DNA of 64,000 nucleotides from a virus (taxonomy: Duplodnaviria; Heunggongvirae; Uroviricota; Caudoviricetes), in the IMG/VR virus record IMGVR_UViG_3300005688_000042; one strand, 5' to 3'. A program made the translations under genes and the position numbers. The notes below the pieces were generated by a model. It was not told where the DNA came from and ran no database searches. It worked only from the letters and a program-made list of their open reading frames with translations. Shown piece after piece: positions 27,401 through 35,781 of the stretch (positions are counted from its first letter, which is position 1; the number at the start of each line of letters is the position of its first letter).

Positions 27401-27479
27401 GCGGGGTTATCTTCTAACTGGCGAAGAAAATTCACTGTCGATGAATGAAATATCGGTTCGAATCCGTTTAACCCCGCCA
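27401..27479 (+). tRNA. tRNA-Asp (anticodon GUC), CCA encoded
   Basis: 7-bp acceptor, anticodon stem ATTCA/TGAAT with loop cuGUCga, T-loop TTCGAAT; D-arm register ambiguous. Confidence 0.5.
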
Positions 27480-27486
27480 TTCTTCT

Positions 27487-28296
27487 TTAAGATTTACAGA
27501 ATCTATTATGATTTCCCGCATACTGCCCGCCACATTTTTGAGAACAAAATTTCTTACGGTCAGAAGTAACTTTAAACTCTGTACCACAATTAGCACATCC
27601 CTTAAATTCAATTACGACATCATCATATAATTCAAAAAATCTGTTTCGGTGTAATCCAGTCTTGTTTTCAACATATTCAAATATCTCTTGTAAATCTTGT
27701 TTATATTTTATGGTCACCAAACCGTTTGTTCCTGATAATTTGTAAGTGTCTATATTTCTAAAATAATTCTTTATTTCTATGATTTTACCATTGACTAAAA
27801 AGTCGGGAAAAAATTTGAAGTGGTCATTGCGATCAGGGTCATAATAGTCGAAATATTTTCCATATCTTTCAATATTATTACCGTGATCTAAGTTGTATAT
27901 TACAAAAGCTAATTCATAAGTAGAATCGCAATATATGCCTTGGTATTTTCCAGACTTACCTCTGGTAGAGCCTAGACGAACGCCTCCCATTTTTACACCA
28001 TCATATAATCCGTTTTTCCAATAATTGATTGTCAATTGTGATCTTGCTTTATGGTAACATTCATCAGAACACGTTTTTCTATATCGCCGATGTTGATATT
28101 GCGCGTTACAGATTATGCATGTTATTATTTTAAGTGATCTGCTTAGTTTATGGTTTTCAGACATTTTTCGTTTTGTTTCTTCACTATGTTTTCTTCTACT
28201 GTTATTATATGAAGCGGCACACGATTGATTACAGAATTTACTTCTTGAGTCATTTGTGGTAAACTCTTTACTACAGTATAAACATGTTTTAATCAT
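27487..28296 (-). CDS. putative PD-(D/E)xK-type endonuclease with three Cys4 zinc ribbons (candidate homing endonuclease)
   Basis: CLYCSKEF...CNQSC, CIICNAQ...CSDEC, CANCGTEF...CSQKC; core YCDSTYE...FFPDF...EIK. Confidence 0.4.
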   Translation of the reverse strand: MIKTCLYCSKEFTTNDSRSKFCNQSCAASYNNSRRKHSEETKRKMSENHKLSRSLKIITCIICNAQYQHRRYRKTCSDECYHKARSQLTINYWKNGLYDGVKMGGVRLGSTRGKSGKYQGIYCDSTYELAFVIYNLDHGNNIERYGKYFDYYDPDRNDHFKFFPDFLVNGKIIEIKNYFRNIDTYKLSGTNGLVTIKYKQDLQEIFEYVENKTGLHRNRFFELYDDVVIEFKGCANCGTEFKVTSDRKKFCSQKCGGQYAGNHNRFCKS

Positions 28297-28364
28297 TTTG
28301 TTATCCTTTTTAAGTATTTATCAACGTGAACATAAAATAGTTCAAAACACTGAAATCAAACATA

Positions 28365-28394
28365 GCTGACAACACTAAATAAGTTGTGTATGAT
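28365..28394 (+). promoter_or_regulatory. sigma70-type promoter CTGACA-acACTAAATAagttgtg-TATGAT (tRNA promoter family)
   Basis: Read directly. Confidence 0.5.
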
Positions 28395-28403
28395 ACAAGA
28401 AAT

Positions 28404-28506
28404 GGGGATGTCGTATAACGCGTGAGTAGAATGCATTCACCACATTTGGAATTACGCATGATGTTAAAATTGTGAAATGGTGGTTCGAATCCATCTGTCC
28501 TCGCCA
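28404..28506 (+). tRNA. tRNA-like gene, ~103 nt, canonical 3' half with CCA; 5' half/anticodon unresolved
   Basis: T-arm GGTGG-TTCGAAT-CCATC, 3' acceptor TGTCCTC-G-CCA, possible 5' partner GGGGATG; internal palindrome GAATGCATTC. Confidence 0.3.
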
Positions 28507-28523
28507 AAATTAAATAAAATTAT

Positions 28524-28643
28524 GGAAATAATTGTTGTCTCAGCTAAAGAATTAGAAGAATTAGAAGAATTAGAAGAATTAGAAGAATTAGAAGAAATGG
28601 AAAGAATAGCTAGAGAACGTGAATTAAAAGCGTTTGCATAAAG
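28524..28643 (+). CDS. 39-aa micro-ORF containing (EEL)5
   Basis: Hand translation MEIIVVSAKELEELEELEELEELEEMERIARERELKAFA. Confidence 0.25.
28546..28595. repeat. 9-nt tandem repeat (agaattaga)x5
   Basis: Read directly. Confidence 0.7.
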
Positions 28644-28702
28644 ATGCCATTTACAGGTTTTGCAAAAAATGCTACTGTAGAATGGAATAAATAAAGTAAT
28701 AT

Positions 28703-28801
28703 AGATCGGTGGTGCAATGGCAGCATACCAGTCTCCTAAATGTTTTTGTAAAAGAATATTTAGGAAAACTGATGATCGGGGTTCAAGTCCCTGCCGGTCT
28801 G
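28703..28801 (+). tRNA. over-long tRNA-like gene (~98 nt) with a 7-bp internal hairpin CCTAAAT/ATTTAGG
   Basis: Acceptor AGATCGG/CCGGTCT, D-stem GTGC/GCAT, T-arm CGGGG-TTCAAGT-CCCTG; anticodon not assignable. Confidence 0.3.
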
Positions 28802-28817
28802 CAAAATAATATTATAT

Positions 28818-28942
28818 GGATCATTGGTATGTCTGGGTATTACGGCTGCCTGTGGGTGTAAGAGTTTTAGGCTCTGATCAGTTCAAATCTGAAATCACCA
28901 AAAGTAAGCAGCATTAGGTTGGTTCGATTCCAACATGGTCCT
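28818..28942 (+). tRNA. composite tRNA-like structure (~125 nt) with two T-arm-like hairpins
   Basis: Outer acceptor GGATCAT/ATGGTCC, T-arm GTTGG-TTCGATT-CCAAC; second T-arm-like TCAG-TTCAAAT-CTGA. Confidence 0.25.
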
Positions 28943-28959
28943 CAATTTTAAGGAATATC

Positions 28960-29172
28960 ATGGTTACATCATTCCAAGAACAAATGGTCGAATATTCTTC
29001 GGCTATTATGGGTCATAAAGAATTAACTTATGGTCTTAAAGAACAAATGGCATATCTTTTTGAAGGTATGTCTAATATAGACACTGATGCTAAATTAAAA
29101 GTGTTCTATGATCTAACTAAAGTTGAACCAAGATTAGATTATGAACAAATTTCCAGTACATTGAAGAGATAA
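28960..29172 (+). CDS. hypothetical protein
   Basis: ORF track; AAGGAAT RBS. Confidence 0.45.
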   Translation: MVTSFQEQMVEYSSAIMGHKELTYGLKEQMAYLFEGMSNIDTDAKLKVFYDLTKVEPRLDYEQISSTLKR

Positions 29173-29173
29173 T

Positions 29174-29449
29174 ATGAACTATAGCCAATTCCCACCGTGG
29201 CAATCTATGGATACTGCTCCCAAGGACAGAGATATTCTTATTTTATGGCAATTCACTAATCATAGTGATAACCGATATAATTGTAAACAAGTAGGTATAG
29301 GATATTTTAATGGTATCTTCGAAGAACATCATCCGGGCAGTGGATTCTGGAATGGATATATTGTAGGTGGGCATGTCACAACTAGATCAAATAATTGTAA
29401 ACCAATCGCATGGATGGAATTACCACCAACTGACGTGGAAGAAAAATGA
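29174..29449 (+). CDS. DUF551-like phage protein
   Basis: W.SMDTAPKDRDILI motif. Confidence 0.45.
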   Translation: MNYSQFPPWQSMDTAPKDRDILILWQFTNHSDNRYNCKQVGIGYFNGIFEEHHPGSGFWNGYIVGGHVTTRSNNCKPIAWMELPPTDVEEK

Positions 29450-29613
29450 AAACACGTAGATTTAGTCGTCGTTGCATGTGCTACTATTGCACTGGCTCCG
29501 TATTAGAGTATAGAGAAAAAACTGCCCTAGAAAAATACAGAGATTCTCTTGAAGAATATGAATTATTATTGATTCATAAACAAGAAGATAATTCGGAATA
29601 TGAAAATATATAA
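29446..29613 (+). CDS. small hypothetical protein (55 aa)
   Basis: Hand translation MKTRRFSRRCMCYYCTGS... Confidence 0.3.
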   Translation: MKTRRFSRRCMCYYCTGSVLEYREKTALEKYRDSLEEYELLLIHKQEDNSEYENI

Positions 29614-29729
29614 ATATCCATATATGTTATTCATAAGGGGATATAATCATTACTACAAGCATTCTTTCGTTAGGCCAAACTTCTGCATATTCTGATTCAT
29701 TTGTTGTTTCCGAGGGTTCTTCGGTATTA

Positions 29730-29957
29730 GTGTGCATATATACTGGCGCAGACCCTCTTCAAAATGAAACTGCTACATTAAAAATTCAACGAATGAATAA
29801 TTTAGGAATTTTTGATGATGCATTTGTGGCTGGTGTGGGGCAGCTTATTTTAACTGAAAAAAATTTATGTGTCGCGATAGATATCGTTGGTACATATAGG
29901 GTATACCGCCCTAACATATCATATTTTGGTACGGATATTGGAGTACAAATAAATTAA
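29730..29957 (+). CDS. truncated paralogue of the tail-fibre N-terminal domain
   Basis: TYRVYRPNISYFGTDIGVQ resembles EYKILRPDITAFDIDIGIE of 30005..31792. Confidence 0.35.
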   Translation: MCIYTGADPLQNETATLKIQRMNNLGIFDDAFVAGVGQLILTEKNLCVAIDIVGTYRVYRPNISYFGTDIGVQIN

Positions 29958-30004
29958 TTTATTTTATCACATGATATAAATATACAAAATATCATGGATA
30001 ATTT

Positions 30005-31792
30005 ATGTCAACTGTTCTATTAACCGCTGGAAGGACTAAAACACTAACATCGTCAATCATTGTTGGCGAGAACGAAGTGTTACAATTAACCATTTTCAGT
30101 CCTACTGTGAACATTCCGAAGGATATTCCTCTTTTTAGAGTTAAAAGAAAAAATGTTCTCGATATTTACGAATCATTTTACTTAAATGGTGTCGTAGCTA
30201 TGAGTGGTAGTGCATACTCATTAACAATATCATATCCGGGTGAATATAAAATACTTCGCCCAGATATTACTGCTTTTGACATTGATATAGGAATTGAATA
30301 CGATAAATTTTCAGCAGGCGATGCTGGCGCAGTAGGCTGGGATGATATAACAGACAAGCCCGCTACCTTCCCAGCAACAGCGGGTGGCGCAGACACACAG
30401 ATTCAGTTCAACAACGCTGGCGCACTTGCCGGCGACTCAGGGTTTACTTACAACACGACTAACAAGACTGTAGCGCTAGGCGGCGGTGTCCTTACTGCTA
30501 GTAACCCTGTTCTTAATCTTGCGCAGACTTGGAATAACGCTGCGGTTACGTTTGAGGGCATCAAACTCAACGTGACGAATACCGCTAGCGATGTGCTGAG
30601 CAGGTTCGCTACATTTAGTGTGGATGGATCAGATTTTGTCCGCATACTGAGGCGCGGGGCTATCGTATTTCCTACGTCACCCGGAGTGCAAGATCCCGGT
30701 GTTGCTGGCATCGGCAACTACGGAGGTACGCTCACTATGTGGAGCGGCTCCGGGACGCGCATGATCAGTATATCTACTACGGATATAAATGTAGTAAGCG
30801 CTAGTGCGTCTCTATCTTTCAGCACGGGCACAGCTCTTTTCAGGGATGCCGCTGGGATACTTGCGCAACGTAGTGGTGTTACCACCCAAACTTCCCGCAT
30901 TTACAATACCTATACCGATGCCAGCAACTACGAGCGTTTGGCACTCATTCCCGGCGCCACATCCGGTTGGATGCAGATCGCTGCGCAGAGTGCGGGTACT
31001 GGCACCGCTAACATCAACGTCGCACTGACTCCTGCGGGTACAGGCGCTTTGTCTGCGCAGGTTCCGGATAGCACCACGGCGGGTGGTAATGCGCGCGGGA
31101 CGAATGCAGTTGATTGGCAGACAAGCACTCGCACTCTCGCTACGCAGGTCGCTTCCGGCGCATGGGCGACATGCGCAGGGGGATTCAGAAACACTGCCTC
31201 AGGTTCAACTTCTGTCGTCGCTGGCGGTAATACAAACATAGCAGGAGGACAAACTTCTGCTGTTGGTGGTGGGTATGCAAACTTGGCATCTGGTCCGCTG
31301 TCGTGGATTCCCGGAGGATCGACGGCCACTACGCGCCTGCTATATGGCGCAGGCGCGTATAGTGCTGGTCAGCGTGCGGCATTAGGCGACGCGCAGGTTA
31401 TAGTACAGCCAGTCCGCATTACGACCAGCGCAGCATCCGCAACAACGCTCACGGCGGACGGTGGCGCCGAATCCGCCACGAATGTGATGGTGTTGCCAAT
31501 TAACTCTGGCGCAGATTTCGAAGCGCGGGTTGTTGCGGTGCATGCGTCTGGCGCCGCTGCTGGATCGTGGAAGATCGAAGGTACTGCACGCCGGGGAGCT
31601 AGCGGCAATGCAATAATCGTTGGCACTAACACGGTTACTACCAAGGGTTTAGATGCTGCTTTAGGCACACCAACGATCAATGTAGTACCGGCAACGGGTG
31701 CGGGTGCGGGTGCAATCGTAATCCAAGTAACTCCTGCCAACGCAACGACAACTTATTGGGTTGGTCGAGTCGAACTGATTCAAGCAGCATAA
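30005..31792 (+). CDS. tail-fibre / receptor-binding-like protein, Gly/Ala/Thr-rich, GC-rich
   Basis: ITDKPATFPATAGG resembles the tail-fibre KPxTFPP repeat; composition differs strongly from the flanks. Confidence 0.55.
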   Translation: MSTVLLTAGRTKTLTSSIIVGENEVLQLTIFSPTVNIPKDIPLFRVKRKNVLDIYESFYLNGVVAMSGSAYSLTISYPGEYKILRPDITAFDIDIGIEYDKFSAGDAGAVGWDDITDKPATFPATAGGADTQIQFNNAGALAGDSGFTYNTTNKTVALGGGVLTASNPVLNLAQTWNNAAVTFEGIKLNVTNTASDVLSRFATFSVDGSDFVRILRRGAIVFPTSPGVQDPGVAGIGNYGGTLTMWSGSGTRMISISTTDINVVSASASLSFSTGTALFRDAAGILAQRSGVTTQTSRIYNTYTDASNYERLALIPGATSGWMQIAAQSAGTGTANINVALTPAGTGALSAQVPDSTTAGGNARGTNAVDWQTSTRTLATQVASGAWATCAGGFRNTASGSTSVVAGGNTNIAGGQTSAVGGGYANLASGPLSWIPGGSTATTRLLYGAGAYSAGQRAALGDAQVIVQPVRITTSAASATTLTADGGAESATNVMVLPINSGADFEARVVAVHASGAAAGSWKIEGTARRGASGNAIIVGTNTVTTKGLDAALGTPTINVVPATGAGAGAIVIQVTPANATTTYWVGRVELIQAA

Positions 31793-31823
31793 ATATCAAT
31801 TAGACTAATAGGGATATACACAC

Positions 31824-32183
31824 ATGAAAATTACTACGGATGAGTTTGAAGTCGAAGGTTCTTTTGTCGCAAGGCAGACTTATAAAGAACCAACGTCTAC
31901 CAACTCTCACACTTTTGGCCCAAGTGATGTAAACAAGTGCGTAAGGTTTACGGATGCTGGAGCGAACAGCGCTATATTTCCTGACACTTTAACCGCTGGA
32001 ATGGGCGGCTTGATTATGCGAGCCGTTGGAGCTGGGGTCATCACTTGGTCAGTGACGGGATCAATGGTCATAACCCCTGATGCTGCGTCTACTGGACACA
32101 CAGGAAGTGCTGCTGACCCATCATTCCTATGGTGGGAATGTGATGGAACAAACTCCGTGATCATTGGAGGAAGTACAGCGTGA
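31824..32183 (+). CDS. hypothetical protein in the GC-rich fibre module
   Basis: ORF track; GGGATA RBS. Confidence 0.45.
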   Translation: MKITTDEFEVEGSFVARQTYKEPTSTNSHTFGPSDVNKCVRFTDAGANSAIFPDTLTAGMGGLIMRAVGAGVITWSVTGSMVITPDAASTGHTGSAADPSFLWWECDGTNSVIIGGSTA

Positions 32184-32932
32184 TTAAACGCGGCGGCAGG
32201 TTCTTACAACGGTCTAATGGTAGCTTGGACCTATCATCTAATTTAGTTCTTTCACTTGATCTTGAAGAGGTTAGTGGGGACGCTATTGATCAAAGTATTA
32301 GTGAGTATGATTTCATTGATGTGAATACAGTGGAATCCGCCGCCGGAGCAACGCCCGGATACGGGTCACGCTTGTTTACACCAGATAACTCGGAGCATCT
32401 CTATCTGCCAAGTTCAGGAACATCAAATGTAAATATTTTAGATAATGAATGGGCCATGCACTTTTGGGCCAAGCGAAACGCAACTGGCGCCCGCATCATT
32501 TTTGCCAAATCACCGAGTACTGTGGTCGCTACTGCTACCGCAAGAGCATTCATTATTTACTTTTCTTTGTCGACTTTGATCTTTACTGTTGGGAGATCTG
32601 TCGCTGCTGATGGCGCTGTATCGGTTTCTGCTAATGTACCGATGAGTGAATGGATTCCTGTGTTATGTTGGCACGATCCAAATGCAGATGTAATTGGAGT
32701 GAAAATCGGCACGGATGCGGCTGTGACAACCACTTTAGTTGGAGGCGCACGAGCCGGTAGCTCATCTGACGTCAGGATCGGATCGACATCCGTAACCCCC
32801 GGCTCTTATCTTGACGCAAATCTTGCAGCTTTGCGAATCTGGCGAGGCGCTGGTGTCATCAATCAAATAGTCAATCCTGAAGTAATCAATTTTCTAAACG
32901 CAAGACAACGAAGACACACGGAGTTAGTATGA
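32180..32932 (+). CDS. hypothetical protein, possibly lectin/LamG-like jelly-roll (fibre-associated)
   Basis: ORF track; GC-rich; fold assignment is a guess. Confidence 0.35.
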   Translation: MIKRGGRFLQRSNGSLDLSSNLVLSLDLEEVSGDAIDQSISEYDFIDVNTVESAAGATPGYGSRLFTPDNSEHLYLPSSGTSNVNILDNEWAMHFWAKRNATGARIIFAKSPSTVVATATARAFIIYFSLSTLIFTVGRSVAADGAVSVSANVPMSEWIPVLCWHDPNADVIGVKIGTDAAVTTTLVGGARAGSSSDVRIGSTSVTPGSYLDANLAALRIWRGAGVINQIVNPEVINFLNARQRRHTELV

Positions 32933-33435
32933 AAATAGTAAACACAATAACTGGCGGTAGAACTACGCTGCAACAATTACTTCGAACGTTTCCACGTATC
33001 GGATCAGTAGCAAATCCCGCGCAAGGCATCCGCACAGTCTGGGATAATCCCCCAACCGATGAGCAGTTAGCGGCGGTAGGCTATCAATATGTTTTGGAAG
33101 TAGACCCTCCAGAATTTGGACCTGATGAACAATTGAGCAATGGACCAGATGCCCTAATAAATGGCAGATGGACCCAGACATGGGTTGTCGAAGAACTTGC
33201 CGTGCCAGAGGAAGTGGACACTATAGCATTCAAATTGACATTACATGATCTCAATCTACTTCCCTCTGTGCAGGGTTATGTAGATACGCTTTCTCCGGTG
33301 GAACAAATCTATTGGCAACACAGATCAACGATACGTCGCGATTCTGATTTTATTGAGTCGGGAAGAATCGCCCTTGGATTAACTCAGGAACAAGTTGATG
33401 ACTTGTTTCATGCCGCTAAAGCCAGAGCAGTGTGA
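32929..33435 (+). CDS. hypothetical protein (fibre module)
   Basis: ORF track. Confidence 0.45.
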   Translation: MKIVNTITGGRTTLQQLLRTFPRIGSVANPAQGIRTVWDNPPTDEQLAAVGYQYVLEVDPPEFGPDEQLSNGPDALINGRWTQTWVVEELAVPEEVDTIAFKLTLHDLNLLPSVQGYVDTLSPVEQIYWQHRSTIRRDSDFIESGRIALGLTQEQVDDLFHAAKARAV

Positions 33436-33495
33436 TATGATTAGGTTGGTCGCCTTGAATTGATAAATACCTTTATAAACTAAATAGGAATAAAA

Positions 33496-33888
33496 ATGAC
33501 AATTACGGTTACTTTAACAAATAACAGACACATAGCTGGCGCAAATGCGGCTTATATGATGACAATCCCTGAAGATGGAGATTCACCGTACCAATCTGTA
33601 CAGGAATATGTACAAAATGCAATCGAACGTGTAGCTGAATCATGGGCTGACTCAGCGAAGGTTGATCAAATTTCAGTATTTGAGTTTGTTGAACGTATTG
33701 GCGCGGAGCGATTCGCCGCGATAACAGCAGCGGCACCGAACGACCCTATCATCGCAGAAATGTTGGTCACGCTTCGCGCCCGACAGACCGTGAGATTAGG
33801 ATCGCCAGATGCAATCAATGGTATTGCATACCTCGTCAGTGTTGGTCTATTGACACAGCAACAAGCTGACACCGCGTTGGCGTATTGA
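33496..33888 (+). CDS. hypothetical protein (fibre module)
   Basis: ORF track; AGGAATAAAA RBS. Confidence 0.45.
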   Translation: MTITVTLTNNRHIAGANAAYMMTIPEDGDSPYQSVQEYVQNAIERVAESWADSAKVDQISVFEFVERIGAERFAAITAAAPNDPIIAEMLVTLRARQTVRLGSPDAINGIAYLVSVGLLTQQQADTALAY

Positions 33889-33948
33889 TCATCATTGACA
33901 TCTAACCTCAATTCCCTTATGATAGCTTAAACATAGGGGATGAAGGAC

Positions 33949-34110
33949 ATGAAATTATTTTGGGTGTTGGGGTGGGATCAATATTATCCAAATATTGACA
34001 ATTTTTTAGCCTCATTCGATAATGAAGCTGATGCGCAAGAATATATCTCTCAACAAAATAAGTATTACGATTTTTACAAAATCGTGAATATCTCGGATAG
34101 GCTATAAGAT
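33949..34110 (+). CDS. small hypothetical protein (53 aa)
   Basis: Hand translation MKLFWVLGWDQYYPNIDNF... Confidence 0.3.
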
Positions 34111-34419
34111 ATGTACGCACCACCTAATTCAGAGCTTGTGTTCATTGTGCAGGATATTGAAACTGACAGATATCGATTAATTGAGTGTGATGGTAAGATT
34201 GCTGCCAAACTTAATGAATATGATTGTTTAGTTGATTCACTTGATGTCGCCGCAAGTGAGCCATCACATTTCGCAGCATTCATTACGACTATTCGACTAC
34301 AATACGGCGTAGATTGTAAAATAAAGGTTTGTGCTGGTGAGTATAGTCAGTATGGTTGTATTATTTATTTCGAGGTCACGAACCTCAACCGTAATAAAAA
34401 TGTTACCTATATCACCTAA
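34111..34419 (+). CDS. hypothetical protein
   Basis: ORF track. Confidence 0.45.
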   Translation: MYAPPNSELVFIVQDIETDRYRLIECDGKIAAKLNEYDCLVDSLDVAASEPSHFAAFITTIRLQYGVDCKIKVCAGEYSQYGCIIYFEVTNLNRNKNVTYIT

Positions 34420-34424
34420 AGGAT

Positions 34425-34637
34425 ATGATGAGTATGACTCAGATTAAGCTCGGCATGATTGTAGAGTTTGTGGACAAAGTTTATGAGCCACCATTCTATC
34501 CTTATTATGAAGAATATAAAGGACATAAATTCAAAGTAGATCATATTCACCATGGTGATCATCTAGCATTGACTTGCATTACAGGCGATGTTCTGGTAAA
34601 AGGGTACGTACATGACTTTGATGTGAGGATAGTATGA
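34425..34637 (+). CDS. hypothetical protein
   Basis: ORF track. Confidence 0.4.
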   Translation: MMSMTQIKLGMIVEFVDKVYEPPFYPYYEEYKGHKFKVDHIHHGDHLALTCITGDVLVKGYVHDFDVRIV

Positions 34638-35020
34638 GCTATGAATTAGATTATTTTCCGCCAAAACCATTCAACGGTACTGGTTGGGGTTCCAAATCAT
34701 TAAATTATAGTCCTTGGAGAAAATCATTATACTACAATTCTCCAGCTAATATAGATTTGGAAGTTGATTTGATCGATGGAATGTATCGATGGTCAGTAGA
34801 AATTACTGATTGGAATTATAAACATACTAGATATATTGGAAAGGCTAAAACAGCAGTAGAAGCATGTAAAAAAGCTGAAAAGATTGGTAATGAACAATTA
34901 AAATTGTTAACACCTGATTGGATTAAAACAGCATTGGAAAATAAATGGCGACCACCATGCACACCTGTTAATACTTCTGGTTATTTGGGTAGAGATATTA
35001 AAATTATTGAAATGGATTAA
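34634..35020 (+). CDS. hypothetical protein
   Basis: ORF track. Confidence 0.45.
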   Translation: MSYELDYFPPKPFNGTGWGSKSLNYSPWRKSLYYNSPANIDLEVDLIDGMYRWSVEITDWNYKHTRYIGKAKTAVEACKKAEKIGNEQLKLLTPDWIKTALENKWRPPCTPVNTSGYLGRDIKIIEMD

Positions 35021-35025
35021 TCATT

Positions 35026-35313
35026 ATGAGCAACGTAAAATTACTACCATGCCCGTTCTGTGGTATGGAACCAGAAGAAGATTTAATTGATACGCTATAT
35101 CCATCTGGGACATACTGGAGAGATAATGTACTTCCAAATGAAGGGACTATGCGGTCTTATCATGGAAGAGATAGAGCTAAGGAAGGTGACGGTATGTGCT
35201 GGACTATGAATTGTACCGAAAATGCTGGAGGATGTGGCGCAGAAATAAGTGGTGATAGTGAACAAGAAGCTATTGACCGTTGGAACAGAAGAACTGTAAT
35301 TGAGAATGAATAA
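35026..35313 (+). CDS. Lar-family restriction-alleviation-like protein
   Basis: N-terminus KLLPCPFCG and C-terminal AIDRWNRR resemble the Lar family (PCPFCG ... AWNRR). Confidence 0.45.
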   Translation: MSNVKLLPCPFCGMEPEEDLIDTLYPSGTYWRDNVLPNEGTMRSYHGRDRAKEGDGMCWTMNCTENAGGCGAEISGDSEQEAIDRWNRRTVIENE

Positions 35314-35570
35314 TGGAAGAAATAACTGAAGGCACTTTTGTAGATTTTGTTCGCAAGTATTGGTCACAAGATTTAACCTATGAGGAATGTGATACAATTT
35401 TATGGAATCTAACCTCATACCCATTTTCACCTTTAGAAAAAATCAAAGAAGAGTTGATATTGCAACACGCCGAAAGTGGTGGTAATATTGGTGTTGCAAT
35501 GAACAATTATGACAACTTAATGCGTAGAGAAATTAAACGATTAAAGGAACAAGAAATCAAAAATTGTTAG
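35313..35570 (+). CDS. hypothetical protein
   Basis: ORF track. Confidence 0.4.
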   Translation: MEEITEGTFVDFVRKYWSQDLTYEECDTILWNLTSYPFSPLEKIKEELILQHAESGGNIGVAMNNYDNLMRREIKRLKEQEIKNC

Positions 35571-35615
35571 CGCGTATTTTTAAAATCCGTATAAATAGAT
35601 GTAAAGGATTGAAAA

Positions 35616-35774
35616 ATGATGATAAAATTAGTAGATTTCGCAAAGACGCAAGGTGTATGTTACAGAACAGCTTACAATTGGTTCCACCTTGGCTACATCG
35701 AAGGTGCATACCAAACGGCATCACGCACTATATTGGTGCCGAAAGACGCCAAAGTTAAGAGAAAAAGCGAATAA
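35616..35774 (+). CDS. truncated IS607 TnpA: MerR-like HTH only (52 aa)
   Basis: Hand translation MMIKLVDFAKTQGVCYRTAYNWFHLGYIEG... parallels the TnpA N-termini of copies 1 and 3; no resolvase domain; AAAGGA RBS. Confidence 0.45.
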   Translation: MMIKLVDFAKTQGVCYRTAYNWFHLGYIEGAYQTASRTILVPKDAKVKRKSE

Positions 35775-35781
35775 AATCGCC

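Noticed and set aside
28546-28595. CRISPR array
   Set aside because: The unit is 9 nt with no spacers; it is a simple VNTR. No CRISPR-like repeat-spacer architecture occurs anywhere in the window.
30178-32164. Antisense ORFs inside the GC-rich fibre module (30448..30717, 30928..31329, 31369..31740, 31907..32164)
   Set aside because: GC-rich coding DNA yields long stop-free antisense frames; no RBS or motifs.
35564-35758. ORF-track CDS 35564..35758
   Set aside because: Wrong frame; the same DNA encodes the TnpA HTH remnant (35616-35774) in another frame with a late promoter and RBS.
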